A DNA stretch of 34,448 nt from a virus. Its lineage: Duplodnaviria > Caudoviricetes. The notes beneath the pieces are model-generated. The model was not told where the DNA came from. It worked only from the letters and a program-made list of their open reading frames with translations, and ran no database searches. The position numbers and the translations under genes were made by a program. The stretch lies in the IMG/VR virus record IMGVR_UViG_3300036987_000451, positions 1 to 34,448 of that record; one strand, given 5' to 3'. Positions 17,536 through 25,243 of this stretch are shown in pieces (within the stretch, counting starts at the first letter, position 1; the number at the start of each line of letters is the position of its first letter).

Positions 17536-17655
17536 TCAGGCCAGCGTCGGCCACGTCAGCGCGGCCACCGCCCGCAGCGACGGTGGCCTCTTGGTGGTGC
17601 AGGCCGTTGCCCCGGCGGCCCGCTCATGGGATTTCAGTGCACCGTGCGCGTTCAT
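17536..17655 (-). CDS. Small ORF (39 aa, MNAHGALKSHE...)
   Basis: ATG overlaps the upstream stop (TGATG). Below the ORF-track size cut-off. Confidence 0.4.
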   Translation of the reverse strand: MNAHGALKSHERAAGATACTTKRPPSLRAVAALTWPTLA

Positions 17656-17903
17656 CACACTTCAGCCCTCGGCACTGTAAGCCAGTATCGCCGACCCACA
17701 GTCTTCACTGAATGGCTCACCACTCCCTCACGAATCAACTGGATCAGCACCCTGCGGGTCCAACCACGACACTCGGTACGAGTGCTCTGGAACGCGACCA
17801 ACGTCAGCACGTTGGCTGGCAGCCCCCATTCGGGTCCGTCCGGCATCGCGTCGAGCACCCGCTGCCGGCGTCGCTCCCGCTCCATTGGGTCCAGTCGCGC
17901 CAT
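17655..17903 (-). CDS. Winged-helix DNA-binding protein (82 aa), paralog of 17186..17473
   Basis: L..LIREGVV...RRYWLT. TGATG coupling at both ends. Confidence 0.65.
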   Translation of the reverse strand: MARLDPMERERRRQRVLDAMPDGPEWGLPANVLTLVAFQSTRTECRGWTRRVLIQLIREGVVSHSVKTVGRRYWLTVPRAEV

Positions 17904-17993
17904 CAGCGCCACCCCCCATCGACGAACGTCCCCCTGCCGAGGTAGCCTGGAGAGGCACCACACCGCGCCGGGCTACCCGGCAGGAGGGAATCC

Positions 17994-18194
17994 ATGGACG
18001 AAAAGAAGAAATTGGCCCTGCAACTTGCCGCCACACTCACCAGTGGCATGTTCCCGGGCCAAGTGCTTGGAGCCCCTGAGACCGGCAAACTGACCACCAT
18101 GGCGGGCGTGCAGGCGGACGACGTCGTCAAGCGATGGCGGGCCCTGATCCCCATGGTCGAGGCCGCGCTGGACGAGTTGGACCCGCCGGACTGA
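17994..18194 (+). CDS. Small hypothetical protein opposing the leftward operon (66 aa)
   Basis: GGAGGGA RBS before ATG and protein-like composition. Converges on the next gene with a 1-bp gap. Confidence 0.65.
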   Translation: MDEKKKLALQLAATLTSGMFPGQVLGAPETGKLTTMAGVQADDVVKRWRALIPMVEAALDELDPPD

Positions 18195-18195
18195 A

Positions 18196-18480
18196 CTACA
18201 GCCCGTACACCTGCTTCCGCAACGCAGCAATCTCCTCCTGCGTGATCCCGTCCGCCAGCAAGGCAAGGACCCTTTCCCTCGCCTGCCGCAGCAGCGTCTC
18301 GTCGGGCGGGGCGGTCAACTCGAGGATCTTCTCGAGCGCTTGCTGCTTTTTGCACGGCCCGCACTTGATCTCCTGCATGAACAGCGACAGGTCGACGATC
18401 ACGGCCGGCGTCATCGTTTGCATCGCCTGACGGACAGCGTCCTGTCGCTCCGGGGAAAGATCCGCGAAATACTGCGCCAT
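18196..18480 (-). CDS. Hypothetical protein with CxxC (94 aa)
   Basis: AAGGAGG RBS before ATG 18480. Contains CGPC. Confidence 0.75.
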   Translation of the reverse strand: MAQYFADLSPERQDAVRQAMQTMTPAVIVDLSLFMQEIKCGPCKKQQALEKILELTAPPDETLLRQARERVLALLADGITQEEIAALRKQVYGL

Positions 18481-18696
18481 CGGTCCCTCCTTGCAACATC
18501 CCGTTTTCACCCATCATTCGAGGGCGAAAAACAAGAAGACCCCCAAACAGCGCGCGCCTCCCACCGACCGTTCGGAGCTTTTCGGGCGCGAACGCCACCT
18601 CTCTCCGCCGGGCCGGGCACACTGCCGTAGTCGTCGTTCCGTGGTCTTGGACACCGCAGAGTGAACGACCATGTGGTGCAAACGGCGCTCGCATCC

Positions 18697-18945
18697 TCAA
18701 GCCACCCGCGCCGCCGACGACGCGTCCGGCTCCATCCGCGCACCCGCAGGCAACCCCTCCGGGTACAGAATCTCAGCCACCGACACCTCGCCACCCGTCG
18801 CCGCGGAGATCGCGGCGGCAGCCTGGGGCGTGGCGCGCTTCTTCTGTCGAGCCACATAGTCCAGGTGCTGCGGGCTGAGCTTGACCTTGGCAGCCAACTC
18901 GGCCCGCCTTCCCCTGCACTGCTTCATCCAGACGATCAGCTTCAT
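18697..18945 (-). CDS. Cro/YdaS-like HTH regulator
   Basis: AELAAKVKLSPQHL...AAAISAATGGEVSVAEI..P pattern. Divergent from the XRE repressor. Confidence 0.88.
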   Translation of the reverse strand: MKLIVWMKQCRGRRAELAAKVKLSPQHLDYVARQKKRATPQAAAAISAATGGEVSVAEILYPEGLPAGARMEPDASSAARVA

Positions 18946-18952
18946 GTGGTTG

Positions 18953-18982
18953 AATCTAACAACTCGGGGTTGGAAGTGTCAA
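18953..18982 (-). promoter_or_regulatory. Leftward early promoter with operator in spacer
   Basis: TTGACA (18982-18977), 18 nt, TAGATT (18958-18953). Operator CAACTCGGGGTTG at 18960-18972; a second operator CAACCGCGAATTG at 18980-18992 overlaps the -35. Confidence 0.75.
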
Positions 18983-18998
18983 CCGCGAATTGCAGAAG

Positions 18999-19027
18999 TT
19001 GCGCTGTACGTCCCGCGGTTGTAGTTT
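18999..19027 (+). promoter_or_regulatory. Repressor-gene promoter (probably leaderless mRNA)
   Basis: TTGCGC, 17 nt, TAGTTT; ATG 6 nt later with no RBS. Degenerate operator (reverse complement CAACCGCGGGACG) at 19009-19021. Confidence 0.6.
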
Positions 19028-19033
19028 CCAGGG

Positions 19034-19387
19034 ATGAGCATCGGAGACCGCATCAGAGTCGAAAGGCTGCGGCAGCGACTCACCCAGAAGGATCTCGGGG
19101 AACGGGTCGGCGTCACTGGCCAGCAGATACAGAAATGGGAGTCGGCTGATCGGATCGAGGTGCACCGACTGCTGGCGATAGCGGAGGCGCTCGGCGTAGC
19201 CGCTGGGTCGCTGGTACCCGAACTTGGCGTTCCGACCGTCCCGACCAGCGGGCTGCAGCCTGATGAGCAAGAGTTGCTGGCTTGGTACCGGCGACTTGGC
19301 CCCGGCCACCGGCAGCGCTGTGTCGGTCTCGTGCAAGGGATGGCGCTGGCCTGCCACGAGGGGCCGGCACTTGCATCGGGCAGCTAG
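19034..19387 (+). CDS. XRE-family prophage repressor
   Basis: IGDRIR..R....LTQKDLGERVGVT.QQIQKWES HTH and DEQELL.WYRRL C-terminal helix. No S24 autocleavage domain. Confidence 0.9.
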   Translation: MSIGDRIRVERLRQRLTQKDLGERVGVTGQQIQKWESADRIEVHRLLAIAEALGVAAGSLVPELGVPTVPTSGLQPDEQELLAWYRRLGPGHRQRCVGLVQGMALACHEGPALASGS

Positions 19388-19395
19388 CCCGCCCT

Positions 19396-19432
19396 GACGC
19401 AGCCCGTGTGGTCGGCTGCGTCCTGCCTTCTG
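19396..19432 (+). terminator. Hairpin downstream of the repressor gene
   Basis: GACGCAGCC (19396-19404) / GGCTGCGTC (19414-19422), with only a weak pyrimidine tail. Confidence 0.4.
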
Positions 19433-19580
19433 CTGTGCGGGCGATCGTCAAGTCGCTCGGGCCTGGCGCGACTCTCCTTCTAGTCGTCGCATGCCAACAA
19501 GACCGCGTGTTGGTGCCCATTCGGGCGCCTTGGTGGCGTTCCGTGCACTGCCCAGTTCTCGCTGCCGAACGCGAAGAGAG

Positions 19581-19609
19581 TTGACACTCTCAACCGCGAG
19601 TTGTACCGT
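19581..19609 (+). promoter_or_regulatory. Rightward early (transposition operon) promoter with operator in spacer
   Basis: TTGACA (19581-19586), 17 nt, TACCGT (19604-19609). Operator CAACCGCGAGTTG at 19591-19603. Confidence 0.8.
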
Positions 19610-19651
19610 ACAACTGCCGGACGGAAGAGCGGCCCCGTCAGGGAGGAGTTC

Positions 19652-20575
19652 ATGCGGTACACCGACCACACCAAGACCCACATCGTCGATGCCTTCCTGA
19701 CCACCCCGCGGGAGCGCTCCCAGCGGCGCCGGATCCTGGCCTTCATCGCCGCCTACAACGCGGGCGACGTCGAGGTGCCGGCCGACGTGCGCGGAGAGTG
19801 CCCGAAGCTGGTCGAGACCACCCTCGCCCTGTGGGTGCGGGCGCGGGCGGCCGTCGAGGCGGAGCGGGCGGCGGTCGCGCCGTCCCCGGACCTGCCGGAG
19901 CCGGCCCCTGCACCGGCACCGGCGCCGGCCCCCGAACCGGCTGTCCTGCCCGTGACCGCGATCCACCGCTTCGAGGGCCAGCGCCTCACCACCGTCGAGC
20001 ACCAGGGACAGCCTTGCTGGGTCGCCCGGGAGGTCGGAGCGGCGCTGGGGTACGGCGACGAAGGCGGGGGCTTCAGCAAGAAGGTCGCGGCGGACTGGGC
20101 GGAGGACTTCACCGAGGGCGAGGACTTCTACCGCGTGACCGGGGATTGCCTTGCTGCTCTCGGTCAACTTGGTGGGGGCGAAACGCCCCCACCAAACCCC
20201 CGCGGCGGCAACCACCGCGACCTCCTCCTCCTCACCGAACAGGGCGTGTGGCTGGGCTGCATCCTGAGCCGGAAGCCCGCCGGGCGGCGGCTGCGCCGCT
20301 GGCTGGCTCGTGAGGTGCTGCCGTCACTGCGGTCGACGGGGAGCTACGCGCTGGGGCCCGGGGGGGCGGTCGCGCAGACCAAGCCGCCGCGGCGGGTGCC
20401 GGCGGACCTGGAGACGATGGCGCCCGAGGACCGCTGGTGGCGGGTGCAGCAGTTGCGGGAGCTGACGGGGCACCAGGCTGCGCTGGGGCTGCTGAGCCGT
20501 GAGGAGCAGCAACTGCGGCTGGACCTGGCTGCGTCGATCACGGCGGGCGTGGCGGTGGGGGGGTGTCATGGGTGA
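19652..20575 (+). CDS. BRO-N (antirepressor-like) protein with extra N-terminal transposase-like domain (307 aa)
   Basis: GGAGGAG RBS. F.G..L..V...G.PCWVA.EVG.ALGY, LLTEQG...SRKP...RRWLA.EVLPSLR.TGSY motifs, and a PAPAPA linker. Confidence 0.88.
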   Translation: MRYTDHTKTHIVDAFLTTPRERSQRRRILAFIAAYNAGDVEVPADVRGECPKLVETTLALWVRARAAVEAERAAVAPSPDLPEPAPAPAPAPAPEPAVLPVTAIHRFEGQRLTTVEHQGQPCWVAREVGAALGYGDEGGGFSKKVAADWAEDFTEGEDFYRVTGDCLAALGQLGGGETPPPNPRGGNHRDLLLLTEQGVWLGCILSRKPAGRRLRRWLAREVLPSLRSTGSYALGPGGAVAQTKPPRRVPADLETMAPEDRWWRVQQLRELTGHQAALGLLSREEQQLRLDLAASITAGVAVGGCHG

Positions 20576-21344
20576 GCGACGACCCTGCTTCCTGACCCCG
20601 GAGGAGCTGCAAGAGGCGCGGGAGCGAATCGGGCCCTGGGTGGAGCCATGGATGGCGTGGTTGCACGATCCCACACCGGACGATCTGGCTCGCCGGGCGG
20701 CATTTGACCGCAAGTACGGTTATCATTGCCCGAACCGATGTCACGGAGAAGGCGATGATCACCAACCCCGGATTTGGAGAGCGAGTCCGTCTGCTGCGGA
20801 AACGCTTGTTGCTGTCGAAGGCGGAACTCGGTCGCCTTCTGACGACGAGCGAGTTCGAGGTCGCCCAGTGGGAACAGGGCAGTGTCCCGACCCGAAAGAT
20901 CCTTCTCCGGATCAGCAACTTCTTCGGGGAGACGCCGGACTGGCTGCTGACCGGGAAGGAATCGGAGGGCTTCAGGCTGGCCCGGCACGAACTCTGGATC
21001 CTGACTGCGCTGGAGAACCTGCCGGAGGAAGACCGACGGGAAGCCTGCGAGCGGATGTGCTATTGGCTCGGGCACCTGGTCAGGACCGGAGAACGCCTCA
21101 CGGATCGCTGAGCCGGCGCCGCGGCATTCCGCCGCTCCCCACCAAAACGATGACCCGCCTCTTCGGCGAGCTGGCCGGGGCGCTGCTGGAGCAGCCCGAG
21201 TCGCCGGTGCTGCTGCCCGTCGACCTGGAGCGCCACCGGGAGCTGGCGCAGGGCCTGCGCCACACGGCCATTCAAGATGCGGCGGTCTCCCTGCGGATCG
21301 CCTTGGCGATCGACACCTTGCTCAATGAGGGGTGTGGGCGATGA
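20568..21344 (+). CDS. Hypothetical frame (258 aa) enclosing the second XRE gene; may be expressed only as 21150..21344
   Basis: ATG overlaps the BRO stop and the stop overlaps the next ATG (ATGA). N- and C-terminal parts look protein-like. Confidence 0.45.
   Translation: MGERRPCFLTPEELQEARERIGPWVEPWMAWLHDPTPDDLARRAAFDRKYGYHCPNRCHGEGDDHQPRIWRASPSAAETLVAVEGGTRSPSDDERVRGRPVGTGQCPDPKDPSPDQQLLRGDAGLAADREGIGGLQAGPARTLDPDCAGEPAGGRPTGSLRADVLLARAPGQDRRTPHGSLSRRRGIPPLPTKTMTRLFGELAGALLEQPESPVLLPVDLERHRELAQGLRHTAIQDAAVSLRIALAIDTLLNEGCGR
20755..21111 (+). CDS. Second XRE-family HTH regulator (118 aa)
   Basis: GGAGAAGG RBS. FGERVRLLRKR..LSKAELG...VAQWEQG..P....L.RI..FFG.T.DWLLTG. Confidence 0.88.
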   Translation: MITNPGFGERVRLLRKRLLLSKAELGRLLTTSEFEVAQWEQGSVPTRKILLRISNFFGETPDWLLTGKESEGFRLARHELWILTALENLPEEDRREACERMCYWLGHLVRTGERLTDR

Positions 21345-21706
21345 TCGACCAACCCTGGCCGGTCCGCGGTCGCGGTCCGGAGGTGATCCCCCACCTGGTC
21401 GCCCGGCTCGACGCCGGCGAGTTCGCCGAGACGATCCGCATCAACTACCCCCTCGACACGCGCGGCCGGGCGCGGCTGGAGCTGCTGCTTAAGGTCCAGC
21501 TCGTGGTGAGCGCGGTGCTGGCGGAGGAACTCGGGCTCGACCTGCGGACCGAGCTGCTCGGGCGCCACGCGGTGGGGCAGGAGCGGTACGGCATGGCGCT
21601 GCGGCCGGGCAACGGCCGCAACGCGCTGCGCGATGGCCTGGAGGAGGGGCTCGACCAGTGCGCCTACCTGCAGCAGGCGCTGCTGGAGCTGGAGGGACGT
21701 CGATGA
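21341..21706 (+). CDS. Phage protein with possible all-alpha NTP-pyrophosphatase (MazG-like) motif (121 aa)
   Basis: G.ERYG..L...NGR.AL.D..EE.LD...YL. Coupled to the transposase by ATGA. Confidence 0.55.
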   Translation: MIDQPWPVRGRGPEVIPHLVARLDAGEFAETIRINYPLDTRGRARLELLLKVQLVVSAVLAEELGLDLRTELLGRHAVGQERYGMALRPGNGRNALRDGLEEGLDQCAYLQQALLELEGRR

Positions 21707-23649
21707 GCGCCGCGGCCCAGCTCCCCCAACTGCCCGGCGAGGCGACGGTCAACGCACGAGCGGCGATCCTGACGGCCTGGTTGGACTTCCACCGGGGCGC
21801 GGGGCTGTCGGTCTACGCGTCGATGACCCGCTTCGCCGAGCTGTACTCGACCGGTGCGATCGAGGTCGCGCCGGCGGAGGTGCGGGCGGAGTACCCCGAC
21901 GTGAGCCGGGGGACGTTGGCGCGGTGGTACGAGGCGCAGCAGGCCGGCGGGGTGGCGGCGCTGAAGCCGGCCTACGGCAATCGGCTGGGCCAGGGGATCA
22001 TCGACCGGCAGCCGGAGATCCGGGACTGCGTCATCGGGGAGCTGGTGACGCGGCCGCACGTGCGGGCTTCGCAGGTGATGCAAGCGCTGGTGGCCCGCTT
22101 CGGCCGGGGGCGGCGCCCAGACCTGGAGCTGCCGTGTGATCGGACGCTGCGGGGCTGGATCGCGGAGTACCGGGCGCAGCACGCGGCGACGCTGCTGTCG
22201 ATCGCCAATCCGGACGCCTGGAAGTCCAAGTACATGGTGGCGCTCGGCGACGCGGCCGGGGGCGTGGTGCGGCTGAACCAGCGCTGGGAGCTGGACAGCT
22301 CGCCCGCGGACGTGATGCTCGAGGACGGCCGCCACTGCCTCATCGGCGTGATCGATGTCTACAGCCGGCGGCTGCGCCACCTCGTCGCCAAGACCTCGCG
22401 CTCGACCGCGATCGGGCTGCTGCTGCGGCGGGCGCTGCTGGACTGGGGGACGCCGGAGCAGGCGGTCACGGACCAGGGGCAGGACTACGTCAGCGTCTAT
22501 CTGACCCGGGTGCTGCTGGATCTCGGCATCGAGCAGAAGCTCTGCACGAAGTTCTCGCCGGAACAGAAGCCCTTCATTGAGCGGTCGTTCCGCACCCTCG
22601 CCCACGACCTGGTGGAGCTGCTGCCGGGCTACGTCGGCCACAACGTGGTCGACCGCAAGGCGATCGAGAGCCGCAAGTCGTTCGCCCAGCGGCTGTGCGA
22701 GCGGGACGGCGCGCCGGTGGAGCTGCCGCTGACCGCGGCGAAGCTGCAGGAGTTCTGCGACACCTGGGACAACGACCTCTACGCCCGGCGGCCCCACGAG
22801 GGGCTGAACGGCCGGACCCCCTTCGAGGTGGCCGCGGCCTGGCGTGAGCCGGTGCGCCGAGTGACCGACGCGCGGGCCCTGGACCTGTTGCTGGCGGAGC
22901 CGGCCGACGGGGGGGTGCGGGTGGTTCAGAAGAAGGGTGTCCGTGTCGAGGGCGCGTGGTTCGGCGCGGTCGACCAGCCCGAGGTCGGCACCGAGGTGCG
23001 GGTGAAGCTGGACCCGACCGACATCGGCCGGGTGATGCTCTACTCGACGGCCAACGGGACGTTCCTCTGCGTGGCGCAGAACCTGGACCGCCTGGGCGCG
23101 ATGCCCCGCGCGGAGCTGGCGCTGCGCGCGAAGCAGCACCAGCGGCAACAGACCAACGCCCGTCGCCGGGAGGCCAAGATCCTCGCGCAGGCGGCCGGCA
23201 GCGCCCACACGGTCGAGCTGATCCTGGAGGACGCCCGCCGGGAGGCGGCGAAGCTGGTCGCGCTGCCGGGGCCGAGCACGGCCCACGAGACCCCGGCGCT
23301 GGCCGCGGCGGCGGCCGCCGCGGACGCGCGGGAGCAGGAGCAGGCTCGCCGCGCGGCGGCGCCGGTGGCGGTGCAGGTGGTCAACGAGCCGGCCAACGTG
23401 GTCGGCGCGGACGAGCTGGCCCGCCGTCGGGCGCTGCAGGTGCCCGCCGCGCCGCCGCGCACGCGGCGGGAGGACTGCGAGACGGAGTGGGCGCTGGCGC
23501 TGTGGTGCGCCGAGGAGCTGGCGGACGGGCGGGCGCTCGAGGCGGAGGACGCGAGCTGGTGGACGGCCTGGCGTCGCCGCTACCCCGAGCGGGCGGCCGG
23601 TGTGGACGAGGTGATCGAGCAGCGCTTCGGGAGGTGCGCGGCTCGGTGA
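21703..23649 (+). CDS. Mu A-like DDE transposase (648 aa)
   Basis: Catalytic triad in WELDSSPAD, VTDQGQDY and KPFIERSF. Y..RPH.GL.GRTP and Mu-type C-terminal domain. Confidence 0.95.
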   Translation: MSAAAQLPQLPGEATVNARAAILTAWLDFHRGAGLSVYASMTRFAELYSTGAIEVAPAEVRAEYPDVSRGTLARWYEAQQAGGVAALKPAYGNRLGQGIIDRQPEIRDCVIGELVTRPHVRASQVMQALVARFGRGRRPDLELPCDRTLRGWIAEYRAQHAATLLSIANPDAWKSKYMVALGDAAGGVVRLNQRWELDSSPADVMLEDGRHCLIGVIDVYSRRLRHLVAKTSRSTAIGLLLRRALLDWGTPEQAVTDQGQDYVSVYLTRVLLDLGIEQKLCTKFSPEQKPFIERSFRTLAHDLVELLPGYVGHNVVDRKAIESRKSFAQRLCERDGAPVELPLTAAKLQEFCDTWDNDLYARRPHEGLNGRTPFEVAAAWREPVRRVTDARALDLLLAEPADGGVRVVQKKGVRVEGAWFGAVDQPEVGTEVRVKLDPTDIGRVMLYSTANGTFLCVAQNLDRLGAMPRAELALRAKQHQRQQTNARRREAKILAQAAGSAHTVELILEDARREAAKLVALPGPSTAHETPALAAAAAAADAREQEQARRAAAPVAVQVVNEPANVVGADELARRRALQVPAAPPRTRREDCETEWALALWCAEELADGRALEAEDASWWTAWRRRYPERAAGVDEVIEQRFGRCAAR

Positions 23650-23666
23650 ACGACGGAGGAGGGACC

Positions 23667-24377
23667 ATGAGACACGCAGTGGCGATGGTGCGCAACGTGA
23701 CCCGGCTGGCCGAGGCGGTCGACGGATTGCGGAGCCGGGACGCCGGGACCCCGGGGATGGGGTTGGTCTATGGCTACACGGGGGTCGGCAAGAGCACCGC
23801 GGTCGCCTGGATGCTGAACCAGGTGAACGGGCTGCAGACCCGCGCCGCGGCCTGCTGGACGCCGACCGCGATGCTGGGTGCGCTGATGCACGAGCTGGGG
23901 GCGGCCCCGCTCTCACGGGCGATGCGGATGGTGGACCACATCGTGGGCGAGCTGCGCCGCACCGGGCGGCCGGTGTTCGTCGATGAGGCCGACTATCTGC
24001 TGCAGGACGGGCGGATGCTGGAGACGCTGCGAGACATCCACGACCTCTCGGGCGCGCCGGTCATCCTGATCGGGATGGAGGGCATCGAGCGTCGGCTGGT
24101 CCACCGGCCGCAGCTCGCCGGGCGGGTGTCCCAGTGGGTCGAGTTCCGGGCCGCGGGGCGGGATGACGCCCGGATCCTGGCGGACAAGGTGTGCGAGGTC
24201 CAGATCGCGGAGGACCTGCTGGAGCGGCTGTGGACGGCCAGCAAGGGGAGCATGCGGTTGATGGTCGTCGGCCTGAGCCGGATCGAGGCCTACGCCCGGG
24301 CGCAGCGGCTGGCCGCGGTGGACGAGGAGCGGTGGGGCAACCGGCAGCTCTTCCTGCCCCAGCCGGAGGGACGATGA
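23667..24377 (+). CDS. Mu B-like AAA+ transposition ATPase (236 aa)
   Basis: Walker A GYTGVGKS, Walker B VFVDEAD, LRDIHD and ILIGM motifs. Confidence 0.95.
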   Translation: MRHAVAMVRNVTRLAEAVDGLRSRDAGTPGMGLVYGYTGVGKSTAVAWMLNQVNGLQTRAAACWTPTAMLGALMHELGAAPLSRAMRMVDHIVGELRRTGRPVFVDEADYLLQDGRMLETLRDIHDLSGAPVILIGMEGIERRLVHRPQLAGRVSQWVEFRAAGRDDARILADKVCEVQIAEDLLERLWTASKGSMRLMVVGLSRIEAYARAQRLAAVDEERWGNRQLFLPQPEGR

Positions 24378-24721
24378 GCCCCGGCCGCAAGCGGATGGTG
24401 CAGCTCGCCGGGCTGCGGCAGCGGGCGTGGAACAGCATGCGCTACCTGGGGCGCTTCGAACTCGGCCAGCTCGTGGCGACCAGCGGGTTGGACTACGAGA
24501 ACAGCCAGGAGTACGTGCGGCGCTTGACCGGCGCCGGGTTTTTACGGCTGGAACGCCCAGCGTGGGGCAATCGCCCCGCGGTCTGGCGGCTGGTGCGCAA
24601 CAGCGGGCCGGCCGCGCCCCGGGCCAAGGAGCGGCAGGGCAGGTGGTACGTCTTGGATCCGAACGATCAACGCATCTACGGCGACAACGGAGAGCCGGTC
24701 GAAGGAGGTGGTGAGGCATGA
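24374..24721 (+). CDS. Conserved transposable-phage wHTH protein (115 aa)
   Basis: RQRAWNSMR...F...L...Y...L..AGFL...WRL..NSGP.AP...DPN pattern. ATGA coupling. Confidence 0.75.
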   Translation: MSPGRKRMVQLAGLRQRAWNSMRYLGRFELGQLVATSGLDYENSQEYVRRLTGAGFLRLERPAWGNRPAVWRLVRNSGPAAPRAKERQGRWYVLDPNDQRIYGDNGEPVEGGGEA

Positions 24722-25242
24722 GCAAGACGATGAAGGTCAAGAGCGAGTCCACGGGGGAGGTCCCCCAGAGCAAGGAGCAGGTCTCCGAGGCGATCGGCGA
24801 GATCGGCCGGTTGCAGCGTGAGCGACAGCGGCTGGAGACCGCGATGAACGACGAAATGGCACTGATCAAGGCCCGCTATGAGGCCGAGGCCGGACCGCAC
24901 GGCGACCGCATCAAGGTGCTGACCCGGGGCGTGCAGGCGTGGTGCGAGGCGCACCGGGCCGAGCTGACGACAAACGGCAAGACCAAGACCGTGGCGCTGG
25001 CCGACGGCGAGGTGCGGTGGCGGACCTGCCCGCCGCGCGTGACGATCAAGGCGCAGGACGTGGTGCTGGCGACGCTGCGCCGGCTGGGGCTGACCCAGTT
25101 CATCCGGGCGAAGGAGGAGGTCAACAAGGAGGCGCTGCTGCTGGAGCCCGAGGCGGCCTCGTCGATCAAGGGGATCACCATCAGCCAGAAGGAGGAGTTC
25201 ATCATCGTCCCCCACGAGTCCCAGCTCGAGGAGGTGGTCTGA
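24718..25242 (+). CDS. gam: Mu Gam-like host-nuclease inhibitor
   Basis: WCEAHRAELT..GKTKT..L..GEVRWR..PP and FIR.KEEVNKEALL motifs. Confidence 0.95.
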   Translation: MSKTMKVKSESTGEVPQSKEQVSEAIGEIGRLQRERQRLETAMNDEMALIKARYEAEAGPHGDRIKVLTRGVQAWCEAHRAELTTNGKTKTVALADGEVRWRTCPPRVTIKAQDVVLATLRRLGLTQFIRAKEEVNKEALLLEPEAASSIKGITISQKEEFIIVPHESQLEEVV

Positions 25243-25243
25243 G

